Below are positions 9,296 through 20,597 of a DNA stretch of 32,000 nt, piece after piece. The translations under genes and the position numbers were made by a program. The notes below the pieces were generated by a model that had not been told where the DNA came from, made no database searches, and saw only the letters and a list, made by a program, of their open reading frames with translations. The DNA comes from Vibrio vulnificus CMCP6 (lineage in GTDB: Bacteria > Pseudomonadota > Gammaproteobacteria > Enterobacterales > Vibrionaceae), in NCBI RefSeq assembly GCF_000039765.1, contig NC_004459.3:1500001-1532000 (forward strand), in the 5' to 3' direction. Every line of letters begins with the position of its first letter. Positions within the stretch are counted from its first letter, which is position 1.

Positions 9296-11290
9296 ATGCC
9301 TTCTCGTAAACATCTCGCTAATGCAATCCGCGCACTCAGCATGGACGGCGTACAAAAAGCAAACTCAGGCCACCCAGGCGCACCTATGGGTATGGCGGAC
9401 ATCGCTGAAGTTCTTTGGCGCGGCCACCTAAACCACAACCCATCAAACCCTGAATGGGCTGACCGCGACCGTTTCGTACTGTCTAACGGCCACGGCTCTA
9501 TGCTGATTTACTCGCTACTGCACCTTAGCGGTTACGAGCTATCTATCGACGACCTAAAGAACTTCCGTCAATTGCACTCTAAGACTCCAGGTCACCCAGA
9601 GTACGGCTACGCACCGGGCATCGAAACAACAACTGGCCCGCTAGGTCAAGGCATCACCAACGCGGTTGGAATGGCAATGGCTGAGAAAGCGCTCGCAGCG
9701 CAGTTCAACAAACCTGGCCACGACATCGTTGACCACTTCACTTACGTGTTCATGGGCGACGGCTGTCTGATGGAAGGTATCTCGCACGAGGCATGTTCTC
9801 TAGCGGGTACGCTAGGCCTTGGTAAACTGATTGCATTCTGGGATGACAACGGCATCTCTATCGATGGTCACGTTGAAGGCTGGTTCTCTGACGATACGCC
9901 TAAGCGTTTTGAAGCATACGGCTGGCACGTCATCCCAGCAGTAGACGGTCACAATGCGGAAGCGATCAACGCAGCAATTGAAGCCGCTAAAGCAGATCCT
10001 CGCCCAACTCTAATTTGTACTAAGACTATCATCGGTTTTGGTTCACCAAACAAATCGGGTTCACATGACTGTCACGGTGCACCACTAGGCGCGGAAGAAA
10101 TTGCAGCGGCACGTGAATTCCTAGGTTGGGAACACCCTGCATTTGAAATCCCTGCTGATGTATACGCAGAGTGGGATGCAAAAGCAGCTGGCGCTGAAAA
10201 AGAAGCGGCGTGGAACGCGAAGTTCGATGCGTACGCAGCGGCTTACCCAACAGAAGCAGCAGAGCTTAAGCGTCGTCTAAACGGTGAACTTCCTGCAGAG
10301 TGGGAAGAGAAAGCAAACCAAATCATTGCCGATCTTCAAGCAAACCCAGCGAACATCGCATCACGTAAAGCATCGCAAAACGCGCTAGAAGCGTTTGGTA
10401 AAATGCTGCCAGAATTCATGGGCGGCTCTGCTGACCTAGCGCCTTCTAACCTCACCATGTGGTCGGGTTCTAAGTCGCTAGAAGCCAACGACTTCTCTGG
10501 TAACTACATCCACTACGGTGTACGTGAATTCGGTATGACTGCGATCATGAACGGTATCGCACTACACGGTGGTTTCGTACCTTACGGCGCAACCTTCCTA
10601 ATGTTCATGGAATACGCACGTAACGCAATGCGTATGGCGGCTCTGATGAAAGTGCAAAACATCCAAGTGTACACGCACGATTCTATCGGTCTTGGCGAAG
10701 ATGGCCCAACTCACCAACCCGTTGAGCAAATCGCATCGCTACGTCTAACGCCAAACATGAGCACATGGCGTCCATGTGACCAAGTGGAATCTGCAGTGGC
10801 ATGGAAACTGGCGATTGAACGTAAAGATGGTCCATCAGCACTGATTTTCTCTCGTCAAAACCTAGCACAGCAACCACGCAGCGCTGAGCAAGTGGCAGAC
10901 ATCGCCAAAGGTGGTTACATCCTGAAAGACAGCGATGGTAAGCCTGAGCTCATCCTAATCGCAACGGGTTCAGAAGTTGAGCTAGCAGTGAAAGCGGCAG
11001 AACAACTAACCGCTGAAGGTAAGAAAGTACGTGTGGTTTCAATGCCTGCTACTGATACTTTCGACAAACAAGACGCGGCTTACCGTGAAGCAGTACTGCC
11101 ATCAGACGTAACGGCACGTATCGCTATCGAAGCGGGTATTGCTGACTTCTGGTACAAGTACGTTGGCTTCGACGGTCGCATCATCGGTATGACGACTTTC
11201 GGTGAATCAGCACCAGCAGATCAACTGTTCGAAATGTTCGGTTTTACGGTAGAAAATGTGGTGAACACAGCGAAAGAACTTCTCGCGTAA
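9296..11290 (+). CDS. tkt: Transketolase
   Basis: [41 protein letters not shown]; [16 protein letters not shown]; [14 protein letters not shown]. Start at ATG 9296 preceded by caggag, not 9134. Confidence 0.97.
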   Translation: MPSRKHLANAIRALSMDGVQKANSGHPGAPMGMADIAEVLWRGHLNHNPSNPEWADRDRFVLSNGHGSMLIYSLLHLSGYELSIDDLKNFRQLHSKTPGHPEYGYAPGIETTTGPLGQGITNAVGMAMAEKALAAQFNKPGHDIVDHFTYVFMGDGCLMEGISHEACSLAGTLGLGKLIAFWDDNGISIDGHVEGWFSDDTPKRFEAYGWHVIPAVDGHNAEAINAAIEAAKADPRPTLICTKTIIGFGSPNKSGSHDCHGAPLGAEEIAAAREFLGWEHPAFEIPADVYAEWDAKAAGAEKEAAWNAKFDAYAAAYPTEAAELKRRLNGELPAEWEEKANQIIADLQANPANIASRKASQNALEAFGKMLPEFMGGSADLAPSNLTMWSGSKSLEANDFSGNYIHYGVREFGMTAIMNGIALHGGFVPYGATFLMFMEYARNAMRMAALMKVQNIQVYTHDSIGLGEDGPTHQPVEQIASLRLTPNMSTWRPCDQVESAVAWKLAIERKDGPSALIFSRQNLAQQPRSAEQVADIAKGGYILKDSDGKPELILIATGSEVELAVKAAEQLTAEGKKVRVVSMPATDTFDKQDAAYREAVLPSDVTARIAIEAGIADFWYKYVGFDGRIIGMTTFGESAPADQLFEMFGFTVENVVNTAKELLA

Positions 11291-11308
11291 GCTGAAGAAG
11301 ATAAAAGA

Positions 11309-11337
11309 AAAACCGAGCGTCAAAGCTCGGTTTTTTT
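11309..11337 (+). terminator. Rho-independent terminator of tkt
   Basis: aaaaccgagc-gtcaaa-gctcggttttttt. Confidence 0.85.
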
Positions 11338-11341
11338 GTGC

Positions 11342-11578
11342 CTATTCAAATTCTTTTCCCCAATTGTCCTTCTCTTTGTGCCCACATTCCTTGCAGGTGA
11401 CATAGCGATCCATATCGTAATAGTGACCGCCATTTATCAGGGTATGAGCCCAAAGCTTTAAAGTTCCAAGAATCGTTTTATCCGTATCATAGCGACTTGG
11501 CTTACGGACCAGCACTTCTGAGTGCGGTGTTTCTTTATTGCATCGCTTGCAAAAGTGAGCAGCGGGAAAACCAGACAT
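11342..11578 (-). CDS. Small double-CxxC (zinc-ribbon-like) protein of unknown function
   Basis: MSGFPAAHFCKRCNKETPHSEVL...YVTCKECGHKEKDNWGKEFE; CKRC and CKEC pairs. Start at MSGF is a choice; the ORF opens at 11605. Confidence 0.7.
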   Translation of the reverse strand: MSGFPAAHFCKRCNKETPHSEVLVRKPSRYDTDKTILGTLKLWAHTLINGGHYYDMDRYVTCKECGHKEKDNWGKEFE

Positions 11579-11778
11579 ACGCGTTTCCTTTTGGTGATCA
11601 AACAAGGAGCTAAAGTGCCAAGTGAAATACGCGACGTCTCAATTCAATATATTGGTGAAATGAATGTCTCTGGAAGTGAAAAGAGAGTTTACCGCGACTG
11701 AGATCACTTACTTAATGCGTTTAGCCCGCGTATCGGGTACTATCTGTGACACGAAATTTTTGGTGAGGCGAAGGATAG

Positions 11779-12819
11779 ATGCTAAAAGTTGCGATCAATG
11801 GATTTGGACGTATCGGTCGTAATGTTCTGCGCGCCGTGTATGAAAGCGGTAAGCATCAACAAATTAAAGTGGTCGCGGTTAATGAGCTTGCTCAACCAGA
11901 AGCCATGGCTCACTTGCTACAATATGACACCAGTCATGGCCGTTTTGGCAAGAGAATCTCCCACGATCAAGAACATCTCTACGTTCACCATGACGCCTGC
12001 CCTCAAGGTAAGGGAGAGTTTGACTCTATCCGTATTCTGCACCTTTCCGAAATCAATCTTCTGCCATGGCGTGACCTCGAGGTCGATCTGGTCCTCGATT
12101 GTACGGGCGTGTTTGGTTGCCAGGCTGATGGGCTAGAGCACATCAAAGCCGGAGCGAAGAAAGTGCTGTTTTCGCATCCAGGTGCCAGTGATCTAGACAA
12201 CACCATCATCTATGGTGTGAACCATGAAACCTTGAAAGCTGAGCACAACGTCGTTTCCAACGGTTCGTGTACCACTAACTGTATTGTGCCGATCATTAAA
12301 GTGTTGGACGAGGCATTTGGCATTGAATCTGGCACCATTACCACCATTCACTCTTCGATGAATGATCAACAAGTGATTGATGCCTACCATAGCGATTTAC
12401 GCCGCACCCGAGCCGCAAGCCAATCCATTATTCCGGTGGATACCAAGTTGCATAAGGGAATTGAAAGAATCTTCCCGAAATTTTCCAACAAATTTGAAGC
12501 TATTTCAGTGAGAGTGCCGACAGTAAACGTCACTGCAATGGATTTAAGTGTCACGATTAATACAAATGTGAAAGTTAATGACGTAAATCAAACCATTGTT
12601 AACGCATCTCAGTGTACATTACGTGGCATTGTTGACTATACTGAAGCGCCGCTCGTTTCCATCGACTTTAATCACGATCCCCATAGCGCGATTGTCGATG
12701 GTAGCCAAACTCGAGTCAGTAACGGGCATTTGGTGAAAATGCTGGTTTGGTGCGATAACGAATGGGGCTTTGCGAACCGTATGCTGGATACTGCGCTCGC
12801 AATGCAAGCTGCCCAATAG
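11779..12819 (+). CDS. epd: D-erythrose-4-phosphate dehydrogenase (GAPDH family)
   Basis: [32 protein letters not shown] active-site motif; adjacent to pgk and fbaA. Confidence 0.93.
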   Translation: MLKVAINGFGRIGRNVLRAVYESGKHQQIKVVAVNELAQPEAMAHLLQYDTSHGRFGKRISHDQEHLYVHHDACPQGKGEFDSIRILHLSEINLLPWRDLEVDLVLDCTGVFGCQADGLEHIKAGAKKVLFSHPGASDLDNTIIYGVNHETLKAEHNVVSNGSCTTNCIVPIIKVLDEAFGIESGTITTIHSSMNDQQVIDAYHSDLRRTRAASQSIIPVDTKLHKGIERIFPKFSNKFEAISVRVPTVNVTAMDLSVTINTNVKVNDVNQTIVNASQCTLRGIVDYTEAPLVSIDFNHDPHSAIVDGSQTRVSNGHLVKMLVWCDNEWGFANRMLDTALAMQAAQ

Positions 12820-12969
12820 TCGTATCGGCAGCGTCGGAGAGAATTTATTTTTAGCCTTGAAATAAATTCGTAATGACTCCATATCAATAACCAGTTTGAA
12901 GAATTAACAGGCTTGGCAGGGTTGCCGAGTTTTCAAAAACTTTATTTTTAATATTTGAGAGGACACATC

Positions 12970-14130
12970 ATGTCTGTAATCAAGATGACTGACCTGGATC
13001 TAGCAGGTAAACGTGTATTCATCCGTGCTGACCTAAACGTGCCAGTAAAAGACGGTAAAGTAACTTCTGATGCACGTATCATCGCATCTCTTCCTACTAT
13101 CAAGCTATGTCTAGAAGCTGGCGCGAAAGTAATGGTCACTTCTCACCTAGGTCGTCCTACTGAAGGTGAATACGCAGAAGAGTTCTCTCTACAACCAGTT
13201 GTTAACTACCTAAACGACGCGCTAGATTGCGAAGTGAAACTGGCTAAAGATTACCTAGATGGTCTTGAGCTAAACGCTGGTGAACTTGTTGTTCTTGAAA
13301 ACGTTCGCTTTAACAAAGGCGAGAAGAAAAACGACGAAGAACTTTCTAAGAAATACGCGGCACTATGTGACGTATTCGTAATGGATGCATTCGGTACGGC
13401 TCACCGTGCACAAGCGTCAACTCACGGTGTGGGTATGTTTGCTGAAGTAGCGTGTGCTGGTCCTCTACTTGCTGCTGAACTAGAAGCACTAGGCAAAGCA
13501 ATGAGCAACCCAGAGCGCCCGCTAGTTGCTATCGTTGGTGGTTCAAAAGTGTCTACTAAACTAACGGTTCTTGAGTCACTATCTAAAATCGCTGACCAAC
13601 TTGTTGTTGGTGGTGGTATCGCGAACACATTCATCGCAGCTGAAGGTCACAATGTAGGTAAGTCTCTATACGAAGCGGATCTTGTTGAAACTGCACAAAA
13701 ACTGATGAAAGAGTGTGCAATTCCTGTCGCGACTGACGTAGCGTGTGCAAAAGCATTCGACGAGAATGCAGAAGCGGAAATTAAACATGTTTCTGAAGTA
13801 CAAGACGATGACATGATCTTCGACCTTGGTCCAGACTCAACGGCTGCACTAGCTGAAATCATCGCAAATGCGAAAACTATCCTGTGGAATGGCCCTGTTG
13901 GTGTATTCGAGTTCAAAAACTTCGAAGCGGGTACTAAAGGTATTTCTGAAGCGATCGCTCAGTCTCCAGCATTCTCTGTAGCAGGCGGCGGTGACACTCT
14001 AGCGGCTATCGACAAGTTCGGTATCAAAGCAGACGTATCTTACATCTCTACTGGCGGTGGTGCGTTCCTTGAGTTTGTAGAAGGTAAAGTACTTCCAGCA
14101 GTTGAAATGCTAGAAGCACGCGCTAAGTAA
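12970..14130 (+). CDS. pgk: Phosphoglycerate kinase
   Basis: [37 protein letters not shown]; VTSHLGRP; [10 protein letters not shown]; GGGDT. Confidence 0.98.
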   Translation: MSVIKMTDLDLAGKRVFIRADLNVPVKDGKVTSDARIIASLPTIKLCLEAGAKVMVTSHLGRPTEGEYAEEFSLQPVVNYLNDALDCEVKLAKDYLDGLELNAGELVVLENVRFNKGEKKNDEELSKKYAALCDVFVMDAFGTAHRAQASTHGVGMFAEVACAGPLLAAELEALGKAMSNPERPLVAIVGGSKVSTKLTVLESLSKIADQLVVGGGIANTFIAAEGHNVGKSLYEADLVETAQKLMKECAIPVATDVACAKAFDENAEAEIKHVSEVQDDDMIFDLGPDSTAALAEIIANAKTILWNGPVGVFEFKNFEAGTKGISEAIAQSPAFSVAGGGDTLAAIDKFGIKADVSYISTGGGAFLEFVEGKVLPAVEMLEARAK

Positions 14131-14140
14131 TTAAACGAAG

Positions 14141-14163
14141 GCGGGGGTAACTCTCCCGCTTTC
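14141..14163 (+). terminator. Weak terminator-like hairpin between pgk and fbaA
   Basis: gcggg...cccgc followed by tttctt; short T-run. Confidence 0.45.
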
Positions 14164-14279
14164 TTGTTTGCGGCACATCTCATTTTTGCTAGAATAGCGC
14201 GAGTTGTGAGCAAACGTTTGCAAGAATTTAAACTTAACGAGTTTTATTTTTAAAACGACAGATAAATAGGATTACATCC

Positions 14280-15356
14280 ATGTCTAAGATCTTCGATTTC
14301 GTAAAACCAGGTGTTATCTCTGGTGATGACGTTCAGAAAGTATTTGAAGTAGCAAAAGAAAACAACTTCGCTCTTCCTGCTGTAAACGTAGTAAACACTG
14401 ACTCAATCAACGGTGTTCTTGAAGCAGCTTCTAAAGTGAAAGCGCCAGTTGTTGTTCAGTTCTCTAACGGCGGTGCTGCTTTCTTCGCTGGTAAAGGCGT
14501 GAAACTTGAAGGTCAAGGTGCTCAAATCCTTGGTGCTATCGCTGGTGCGAAATACGTACACGCAGTTGCTGAAGCTTACGGTGTGCCAGTAATCCTACAC
14601 ACTGACCACGCTGCTAAGAAGCTACTTCCATGGATCGACGGTCTACTAGACGCAGGTGAAGAGTTCTTCGCTCAAACTGGTAAGCCTCTATTCTCTTCTC
14701 ATATGATTGACCTTTCTGAAGAGTCTCTAGAAGAGAACATCGAAATCTGTGCTAAGTACCTAGCGCGTATGGAAAAAATGGGTATGACTCTAGAGTTTGA
14801 ACTAGGTTGTACTGGTGGTGAAGAAGACGGCGTAGACAACTCTCACATGGATCAGTCTGAGCTATACACTTCTCCAGAAGACGTTGCTTACGCTTACGAG
14901 AAACTGATCCCAATCAGCCACCGTTTCACTATCGCAGCATCTTTCGGTAACGTGCACGGTGTTTACCAAGCAGGTAACGTTGTTCTAACTCCAACTATCC
15001 TACGTGATTCTCAAGCTTACTGTTCTGAGAAATTTGGTATTGCTCCAAACGCACTAAACTTCGTATTCCACGGTGGTTCTGGTTCTTCTGAAGCAGAAAT
15101 CAAAGAGTCTATCAGCTACGGTGTTATCAAAATGAACATCGATACTGATACTCAGTGGGCAACTTGGGATGGTATTCGTCAATACGAAGCGAAGAACCAC
15201 GATTACCTTCAAGGTCAAATCGGTAACCCAACTGGCGAATCTGCGCCAAACAAGAAATACTACGATCCACGTGTATGGCTACGTGCTGGCCAAGAGTCAA
15301 TGGTTGCTCGTCTAGAGAAAGCATTCGCTGACCTTAACGCAGTTGACGTACTGTAA
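14280..15356 (+). CDS. fbaA: Class II fructose-bisphosphate aldolase
   Basis: MSKIFDFVKPGVISGDDVQKVFEVAKENNFALPAVNVV; VPVILHTDHAAKKLLPWIDG; FHGGSGS. Confidence 0.98.
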   Translation: MSKIFDFVKPGVISGDDVQKVFEVAKENNFALPAVNVVNTDSINGVLEAASKVKAPVVVQFSNGGAAFFAGKGVKLEGQGAQILGAIAGAKYVHAVAEAYGVPVILHTDHAAKKLLPWIDGLLDAGEEFFAQTGKPLFSSHMIDLSEESLEENIEICAKYLARMEKMGMTLEFELGCTGGEEDGVDNSHMDQSELYTSPEDVAYAYEKLIPISHRFTIAASFGNVHGVYQAGNVVLTPTILRDSQAYCSEKFGIAPNALNFVFHGGSGSSEAEIKESISYGVIKMNIDTDTQWATWDGIRQYEAKNHDYLQGQIGNPTGESAPNKKYYDPRVWLRAGQESMVARLEKAFADLNAVDVL

Positions 15357-15383
15357 TTCTGAACAGAATGATTTGCAGACAAA

Positions 15384-15408
15384 ACCCGCTCTCTGAGCGG
15401 GTTTTTTT
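15384..15408 (+). terminator. Rho-independent terminator of fbaA
   Basis: aacccgctctctgagcgggtttttt. Confidence 0.85.
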
Positions 15409-15651
15409 ATACCACTTGCTGACGGATAGAAAAACTCTGGCACAGTTTGAAATAATTGCTTAATCTTGATCAGCGATATTGAACGGAGTGTAAATCTCTG
15501 TTTTGACAGCTTTTGCAAAAACCTGACTTTGCAAAATGTCAAAAATGAGATATCGTGCCAAAATTCTGACGCACATTCAGATGACTAACAAGAACGGGCG
15601 TATATATAACGCCAGTACCATTTTTAAAGTCATAACTTGAGGAATAACATT

Positions 15652-16515
15652 ATGGCAGGTGAAACAGTGGGGATTGATACCTCATTAGTGGATGGTCTAA
15701 ATCAGGCTGAAACTTGGCTAACCAACAATTCAGATCTACTGATTCAGTACGGTGTGAACATTATTTCTGCGATCGTCATTCTGTTCATTGGTAACATCAT
15801 TGTGAAAGCCGTTGCGAACAGTGTATCGAAAGTTCTTAATAAGAAAGAAATGGACAAAGCGGTTGTGGAGTTTATCCACGGTTTAGTTCGTTACTTGCTG
15901 TTTGTTATCGTATTGATTGCCGCTTTAGGCCGTGTTGGTGTTGAAACCGCCTCTGTTGTTGCAGTGATCGGTGCGGCGGGTCTTGCTGTTGGTCTTGCTT
16001 TGCAAGGTTCTCTATCAAACTTTGCTGCTGGTGTTTTGATCGTTGCATTCCGTCCGTTTAAATCGGGTGACTACGTGGAAATCGGTGGTGTAGCGGGTTC
16101 TGTTGAAGCGATTCAGATCTTCCAAACGGTCTTGAAAACTCCTGACAACAAGATGGTGGTTGTACCTAACTCAGGTGTGATTGGTGGTGCGATCACTAAC
16201 TATTCTCGCCATGCAACACGACGTGTCGATCTAATGATCGGTGTTTCATACAAATCGGATCTGAAGAAAACGAAACAAGTGATCCGTGAGACGCTAGAAA
16301 AAGATGCGCGTATTTTGAAAGATCCAGACATGACGATCGGTGTTGTCGCCCTGGCAGACTCATCAGTGAACTTCGTGGTACGCCCATGGTGTAAAACAGA
16401 AGATTATTGGAATGTTTACTTTGATTCTATGCAAGCTATCAAAGAAGCACTGGATGCGAATGGCATCGAAATTCCATTCCCACAAATGGATGTGCACCTA
16501 AACAAGGTGGACTAA
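15652..16515 (+). CDS. mscS: MscS-family small-conductance mechanosensitive channel
   Basis: 287 aa; VIGAAGLAVGLALQGSLSNFAAGVLIVAFRPFKSGDYVEIGGVAGSVEAI; VVPNSGVIGGAITNYS. Confidence 0.93.
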   Translation: MAGETVGIDTSLVDGLNQAETWLTNNSDLLIQYGVNIISAIVILFIGNIIVKAVANSVSKVLNKKEMDKAVVEFIHGLVRYLLFVIVLIAALGRVGVETASVVAVIGAAGLAVGLALQGSLSNFAAGVLIVAFRPFKSGDYVEIGGVAGSVEAIQIFQTVLKTPDNKMVVVPNSGVIGGAITNYSRHATRRVDLMIGVSYKSDLKKTKQVIRETLEKDARILKDPDMTIGVVALADSSVNFVVRPWCKTEDYWNVYFDSMQAIKEALDANGIEIPFPQMDVHLNKVD

Positions 16516-16524
16516 ATCCAAATC

Positions 16525-16556
16525 GAAAAAAGCGAGGTTACGACCTCGCTTTTTTG
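16525..16556. terminator. Bidirectional terminator between mscS and argO
   Basis: aaaaaagcgaggt-tacg-acctcgctttttt between convergent genes. Confidence 0.85.
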
Positions 16557-16583
16557 TTTCCGTCAAAGCACGGTTTATTGCTG

Positions 16584-17222
16584 TTAAGCCAAAAGAGACT
16601 TAGTAAGAAGCGCAGCGATGGTAAACATCATAGCCGCCACCGCAATGTCGATCCCTCTCTTCACTTTAGGCTTTGATAATGTTGGCCCTAGTTTTGCGGC
16701 ACCCATGGAGAGTGCGTAGAACCAAGTGAACGATGCCAGTGTTGTTCCAATCGCAAAGGCAATGCGATCGTGACCTTCAAATTGGCCGCCAATCGAGCCT
16801 AAAATCACAACCGTATCCAAATACAGATGTGGATTTAATACCGTAACAGCCAAGGCACCCAAAATGACCGTTCTGCGTCCACGAGCAATCACTTCATGAT
16901 GCTTCTCAACTTGCTCGATGGGTTTAAAGGCGCTTTTGAGCGACATCAAACCGTAAACACTGAGAAAGGCAATACCGCCTAATGTCACCACGGTAAGCAG
17001 CAGTTCATTTTGCGAGAGAATAGCACCACCGCCAAAAATACCCAGAGAAATAAACACCATATCTAAGACACTGCAAACAGCTGCAGTCGTTAAATGGTGG
17101 TTACGTTTGATGCCCTGATTGAGAACGAAGGCATTTTGTGCCCCAATGGGAATAATCATGGTGGCACCTAAACCAAAGCCTTGTAGTAACACCCAAAAAT
17201 TCACGATAAACCTCGGTAACAA
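16584..17222 (-). CDS. argO: LysE/ArgO-family basic amino acid exporter
   Basis: GATMIIPIGAQNAFVLNQGIKRNHH; VTVLNPHLYLDTVVILGS; divergent from argP. Confidence 0.9.
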   Translation of the reverse strand: MLPRFIVNFWVLLQGFGLGATMIIPIGAQNAFVLNQGIKRNHHLTTAAVCSVLDMVFISLGIFGGGAILSQNELLLTVVTLGGIAFLSVYGLMSLKSAFKPIEQVEKHHEVIARGRRTVILGALAVTVLNPHLYLDTVVILGSIGGQFEGHDRIAFAIGTTLASFTWFYALSMGAAKLGPTLSKPKVKRGIDIAVAAMMFTIAALLTKSLLA

Positions 17223-17331
17223 TGATCTAATGATAAAGAGAATGTGAGCAAGGTATCGTTTTAACTGGCATAAGTATAATTAATGATTTTAATCCTATAT
17301 AAGCAAGACTGATTTGTTTGAGGGAAGTGTA

Positions 17332-18228
17332 ATGCGTGGTTTAGATTACAAATGGATAGAAGCGTTAGATGCTGTCGTTGCACAAGGTGGATTTGAGCGA
17401 GCCGCGGAAGAATTGTACATCTCTCAATCGGCGGTATCACAGAGAATTAAACAACTAGAGCGCTTTTTGGCGCAACCAGTGCTAATACGTGAACAGCCAC
17501 CTAAACCAACACCTGTGGGAAAGAAGTTGTTAGGTTTGTATCGACGCGTGCGCATTCTTGAACATGAGCTGATTCCTGAGCTCATGAACGATGACACAGC
17601 AAAGCCCATTCAACTGGCTTTGGCAACCAACGCGGATAGTTTGGCTACGTGGTTACTGCCAGCACTCAAAGAGGTGATGACACTGCGACAAGTAGAACTT
17701 AATTTAGCCATTTATGGAGAATCTCGCTCCATTGAAAAGCTAAAGAGCGGTGAAGTTGCTGGTGCGATAAGCCTTGAGTCGCAACCCATTGCGGGGTGTA
17801 AAGCCGACTACCTTGGGCGAATGGATTATGTTTGTGTCGCCAGTCCGGATTTTTATCAACGTTATTTTGCTGCAGGGGTGAATTACCAAACGTTGCGTAA
17901 AGCGCCTGCTGTGTCTTATGACCAATATGATGATCTTCATAACCGTTTTTTGCACGACCATTTCAACATCTCTCGCGATTCCATCATCAATCATAATGTT
18001 GGAAGCTCAGAAGCGTTTGTCCGTCTTGCCGTTTCAGGAATTGCCTACTGCTTGATTCCTAAACTGCAAATCGAACAAGAGTTGGCGTCGGGCGTACTGA
18101 TGGACATCACGCCAGGATTTTTATTGTCTTACCGTATTTATTGGCATCATTGGCAGCTAGAGAGCGGGGTGTTGAAGGAAATTTCGCAAGCGATTGTTCA
18201 ATACGCACAAGCTCATTTACCCCAGTAG
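17332..18228 (+). CDS. argP: LysR-family regulator ArgP/IciA
   Basis: [54 protein letters not shown]; divergent from argO; start at ATG 17332. Confidence 0.92.
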   Translation: MRGLDYKWIEALDAVVAQGGFERAAEELYISQSAVSQRIKQLERFLAQPVLIREQPPKPTPVGKKLLGLYRRVRILEHELIPELMNDDTAKPIQLALATNADSLATWLLPALKEVMTLRQVELNLAIYGESRSIEKLKSGEVAGAISLESQPIAGCKADYLGRMDYVCVASPDFYQRYFAAGVNYQTLRKAPAVSYDQYDDLHNRFLHDHFNISRDSIINHNVGSSEAFVRLAVSGIAYCLIPKLQIEQELASGVLMDITPGFLLSYRIYWHHWQLESGVLKEISQAIVQYAQAHLPQ

Positions 18229-18356
18229 AGGCGACTCAGGGGAGCATTAGCACAGAGATAACAGAGTCAAAGTTGTGTAAGAAGTGTTCATGAGATATTG
18301 GTTAATCTGCTAAACCTTCTATTATCAAGACAGTTTCTTTACAGAAGGTTTATGGC

Positions 18357-19049
18357 ATGAAATGGTTTCCTACAAGCGTGGTGCTTTCGGCAAGTTTGGT
18401 CGCGGGTTATGCAATGGCAGAGGCCCCCAACTTCGCTCACCTGTCAACAACGGGTTATGGTGAAGTGGTTGCAAAACCGGATATGGCGATATTTACGGTG
18501 AAAGTGGTGGATTCGACCATGACCGCAGAATCCGCCAAACAGTCAGTTGATACCACAGTGGATGCTTTTTTAGCGGCTTTAACCAAGGCGGGAGTGGATA
18601 AACAGCAAATCACCAGTACCAATCTCTATCTTGCACCTCAATATCATTACCCGAAAAATGAAAAGCCAGACCTCGTTGGTTACCGCGCTTCTCGTAGTGT
18701 TACGGTGAAAGTCGCCAACTTAGCAAACCTTAATGCCTATCTCGATCTTGCGTTGAATGCGGGGATCAATCAGGTAGATAATATTCAGTTGTTGGTTAGT
18801 AACGAGGCGGAATATCAGCAGCAAGCTCGCCTTGAAGCGATTAAAGATGCGCAGCAGAAGGCGGGATTCTTGGCGAAAGGGTTTGGTAAGTCGCTAGGGG
18901 AGGTATGGCAGATCAACTACAACCAACCCAATGTGCAACCAGTGCTGATGCGCACCATGATGATGGACGCAAAATCGGAAAGTAACAGCTATCAAGACTC
19001 AAGCTTAATCATTCGTGATCAAGTCGACGTGACGTATAAGCTTGATTAA
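18357..19049 (+). CDS. SIMPL-domain (YggE-like) exported protein
   Basis: Signal peptide MKWFPTSVVLSASLVAGYAMA; TTGYGEVVAKPDMAIFTVKVVDSTMTAESAKQ; YRASRSVTVKV. Confidence 0.87.
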   Translation: MKWFPTSVVLSASLVAGYAMAEAPNFAHLSTTGYGEVVAKPDMAIFTVKVVDSTMTAESAKQSVDTTVDAFLAALTKAGVDKQQITSTNLYLAPQYHYPKNEKPDLVGYRASRSVTVKVANLANLNAYLDLALNAGINQVDNIQLLVSNEAEYQQQARLEAIKDAQQKAGFLAKGFGKSLGEVWQINYNQPNVQPVLMRTMMMDAKSESNSYQDSSLIIRDQVDVTYKLD

Positions 19050-19073
19050 GTTTTAGCAAAATGATGAATAAAA

Positions 19074-19102
19074 TAAAGGGCAGGATAACCTGCCCTTTGC
19101 TG
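19074..19102. terminator. Terminator between the convergent SIMPL gene and serA
   Basis: aaagggcagg-ataa-cctgccctttgctgttttta. Confidence 0.75.
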
Positions 19103-19108
19103 TTTTTA

Positions 19109-20338
19109 TTAGTGAAGGATTCGAGCTCGAATTGTGCCTTCGATCTCTTTAAGTTTGACCAGTGCTTCTTCAGAGCGCTCGGTTTCTACGTCAATCACCA
19201 CATAACCAATATCGGCTGAGGTCTGCAGGTATTGACCGGCGATGTTGATGCCTTCTTCAGCAAAAATGGTGTTGATTTGCGTCAGAATGCCCGGACGGTT
19301 TTGGTGAATGTGGAGTAAGCGTGAACAGCTACGATGCTCTGGCAGTGACACTTCTGGGAAGTTAACACTGGATAGCGTTGAGCCATTGTCTGAGTATTTC
19401 GCCAGTTTGCCAGCCACTTCAACACCAATGTTCTCTTGTGCTTCTTGAGTTGAGCCGCCAACGTGTGGAGTAAGAATCACATTGTCAAATTTTTGCAGTG
19501 GAGATTCGAATGGTTCAGCATTGGTGGCAGGTTCAACCGGGAAAACGTCAATCGCTGCACCAGCAATATGACCTGATTCGAGTGAATGGCATAGCGCTTC
19601 AATATCGACCACGGTGCCACGAGCTGCATTGATGAAGATAGAACCAGGCTTCATACGAGCAAACTCTTCTGCACCCATCATATTTTTGGTTTCTGGCGTT
19701 TCTGGTACGTGTAGAGAAATCACGTCACACTTGTTGAGCAGTTCGCTCATGGTTGGGATTTGAGTCGCATTACCTAGCGAGAGCTTGTTCTCGATATCGT
19801 AGAAATAAACACGCATGCCTAGGTTTTCAGCAATAATACCAAGCTGAGTACCGATATGACCGTAACCAATAATGCCTAGACGTTTCCCACGAGCTTCGTA
19901 AGAGTTGTCGGCACTTTTTTTCCAAATTCCGCGATGAGCCAAAGCGTTCTTTTCTGGAATACCACGTAGAAGCAGCAGGATTTGGCCAAGAACCAGCTCC
20001 GCTACACTGCGAGTGTTTGAGAAAGGCGCGTTAAACACAGGAATACCACGTTTGGATGCTGCATTTAGATCCACTTGGTTGGTACCAATGCAGAAACAAC
20101 CGATCGCTACCAGTTTTTGTGCCGCATTGATCACTTCTTCAGTTAAGTTGGTACGAGAACGAATGCCAATGAAGTGCGCGTCTTTAACCGCTTCAAGAAG
20201 AGCATCGTCAGAAAGTGAGCCTTTGTGGTATTCGATATTGGTGTAACCCGCAGCTTGCAGCACTTCTACCGAAGAAGGGTGGAGGCCTTCAAGAAGTAAG
20301 ATTTTTATTTTCTCTTTTTCCAGTGAAACTTTGGCCAT
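19109..20338 (-). CDS. serA: D-3-phosphoglycerate dehydrogenase
   Basis: MAKVSLEKEKIKILLLEGLHPSSVEVLQAAGYTNIEYHKGSL; GIIGYGHIGTQLG; C-terminal ACT-like HQNRPGILTQINTIFAEEGINI. Confidence 0.97.
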   Translation of the reverse strand: MAKVSLEKEKIKILLLEGLHPSSVEVLQAAGYTNIEYHKGSLSDDALLEAVKDAHFIGIRSRTNLTEEVINAAQKLVAIGCFCIGTNQVDLNAASKRGIPVFNAPFSNTRSVAELVLGQILLLLRGIPEKNALAHRGIWKKSADNSYEARGKRLGIIGYGHIGTQLGIIAENLGMRVYFYDIENKLSLGNATQIPTMSELLNKCDVISLHVPETPETKNMMGAEEFARMKPGSIFINAARGTVVDIEALCHSLESGHIAGAAIDVFPVEPATNAEPFESPLQKFDNVILTPHVGGSTQEAQENIGVEVAGKLAKYSDNGSTLSSVNFPEVSLPEHRSCSRLLHIHQNRPGILTQINTIFAEEGINIAGQYLQTSADIGYVVIDVETERSEEALVKLKEIEGTIRARILH

Positions 20339-20535
20339 TGTTTTCGTCCTTAAAATGGAAAGGTGGGCTAATTTGGCGCACGTTAAACAAAATCGTTAAG
20401 AGCAGTGAAATTAACAGTTTTGGCGGAGGACAAACGTTTCCTTGTGCGTCTTCTGCTCAATAAAGTAACAAAAAATTTTTGTTTTGGGTAAGAAAATTAC
20501 GGAATAAGAGATAATTTTCTTCAAGAAAGTCATAA

Positions 20536-20562
20536 AAAACGGCGCCCTTGGGCGCCGTCTGT
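20536..20562 (-). terminator. Rho-independent terminator of rpiA
   Basis: - strand reads acggcgcccaagggcgccgtttttta. Confidence 0.85.
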
Positions 20563-20597
20563 AATCAAATAACGGAAAATAGCGCAAAACCAGCTAT

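Noticed and set aside
11632-11639. cgacgtct, 7/8 match to a MetJ box upstream of epd
   Set aside because: It is a single box without good tandem neighbours, and no methionine-related gene is adjacent. Probably chance.
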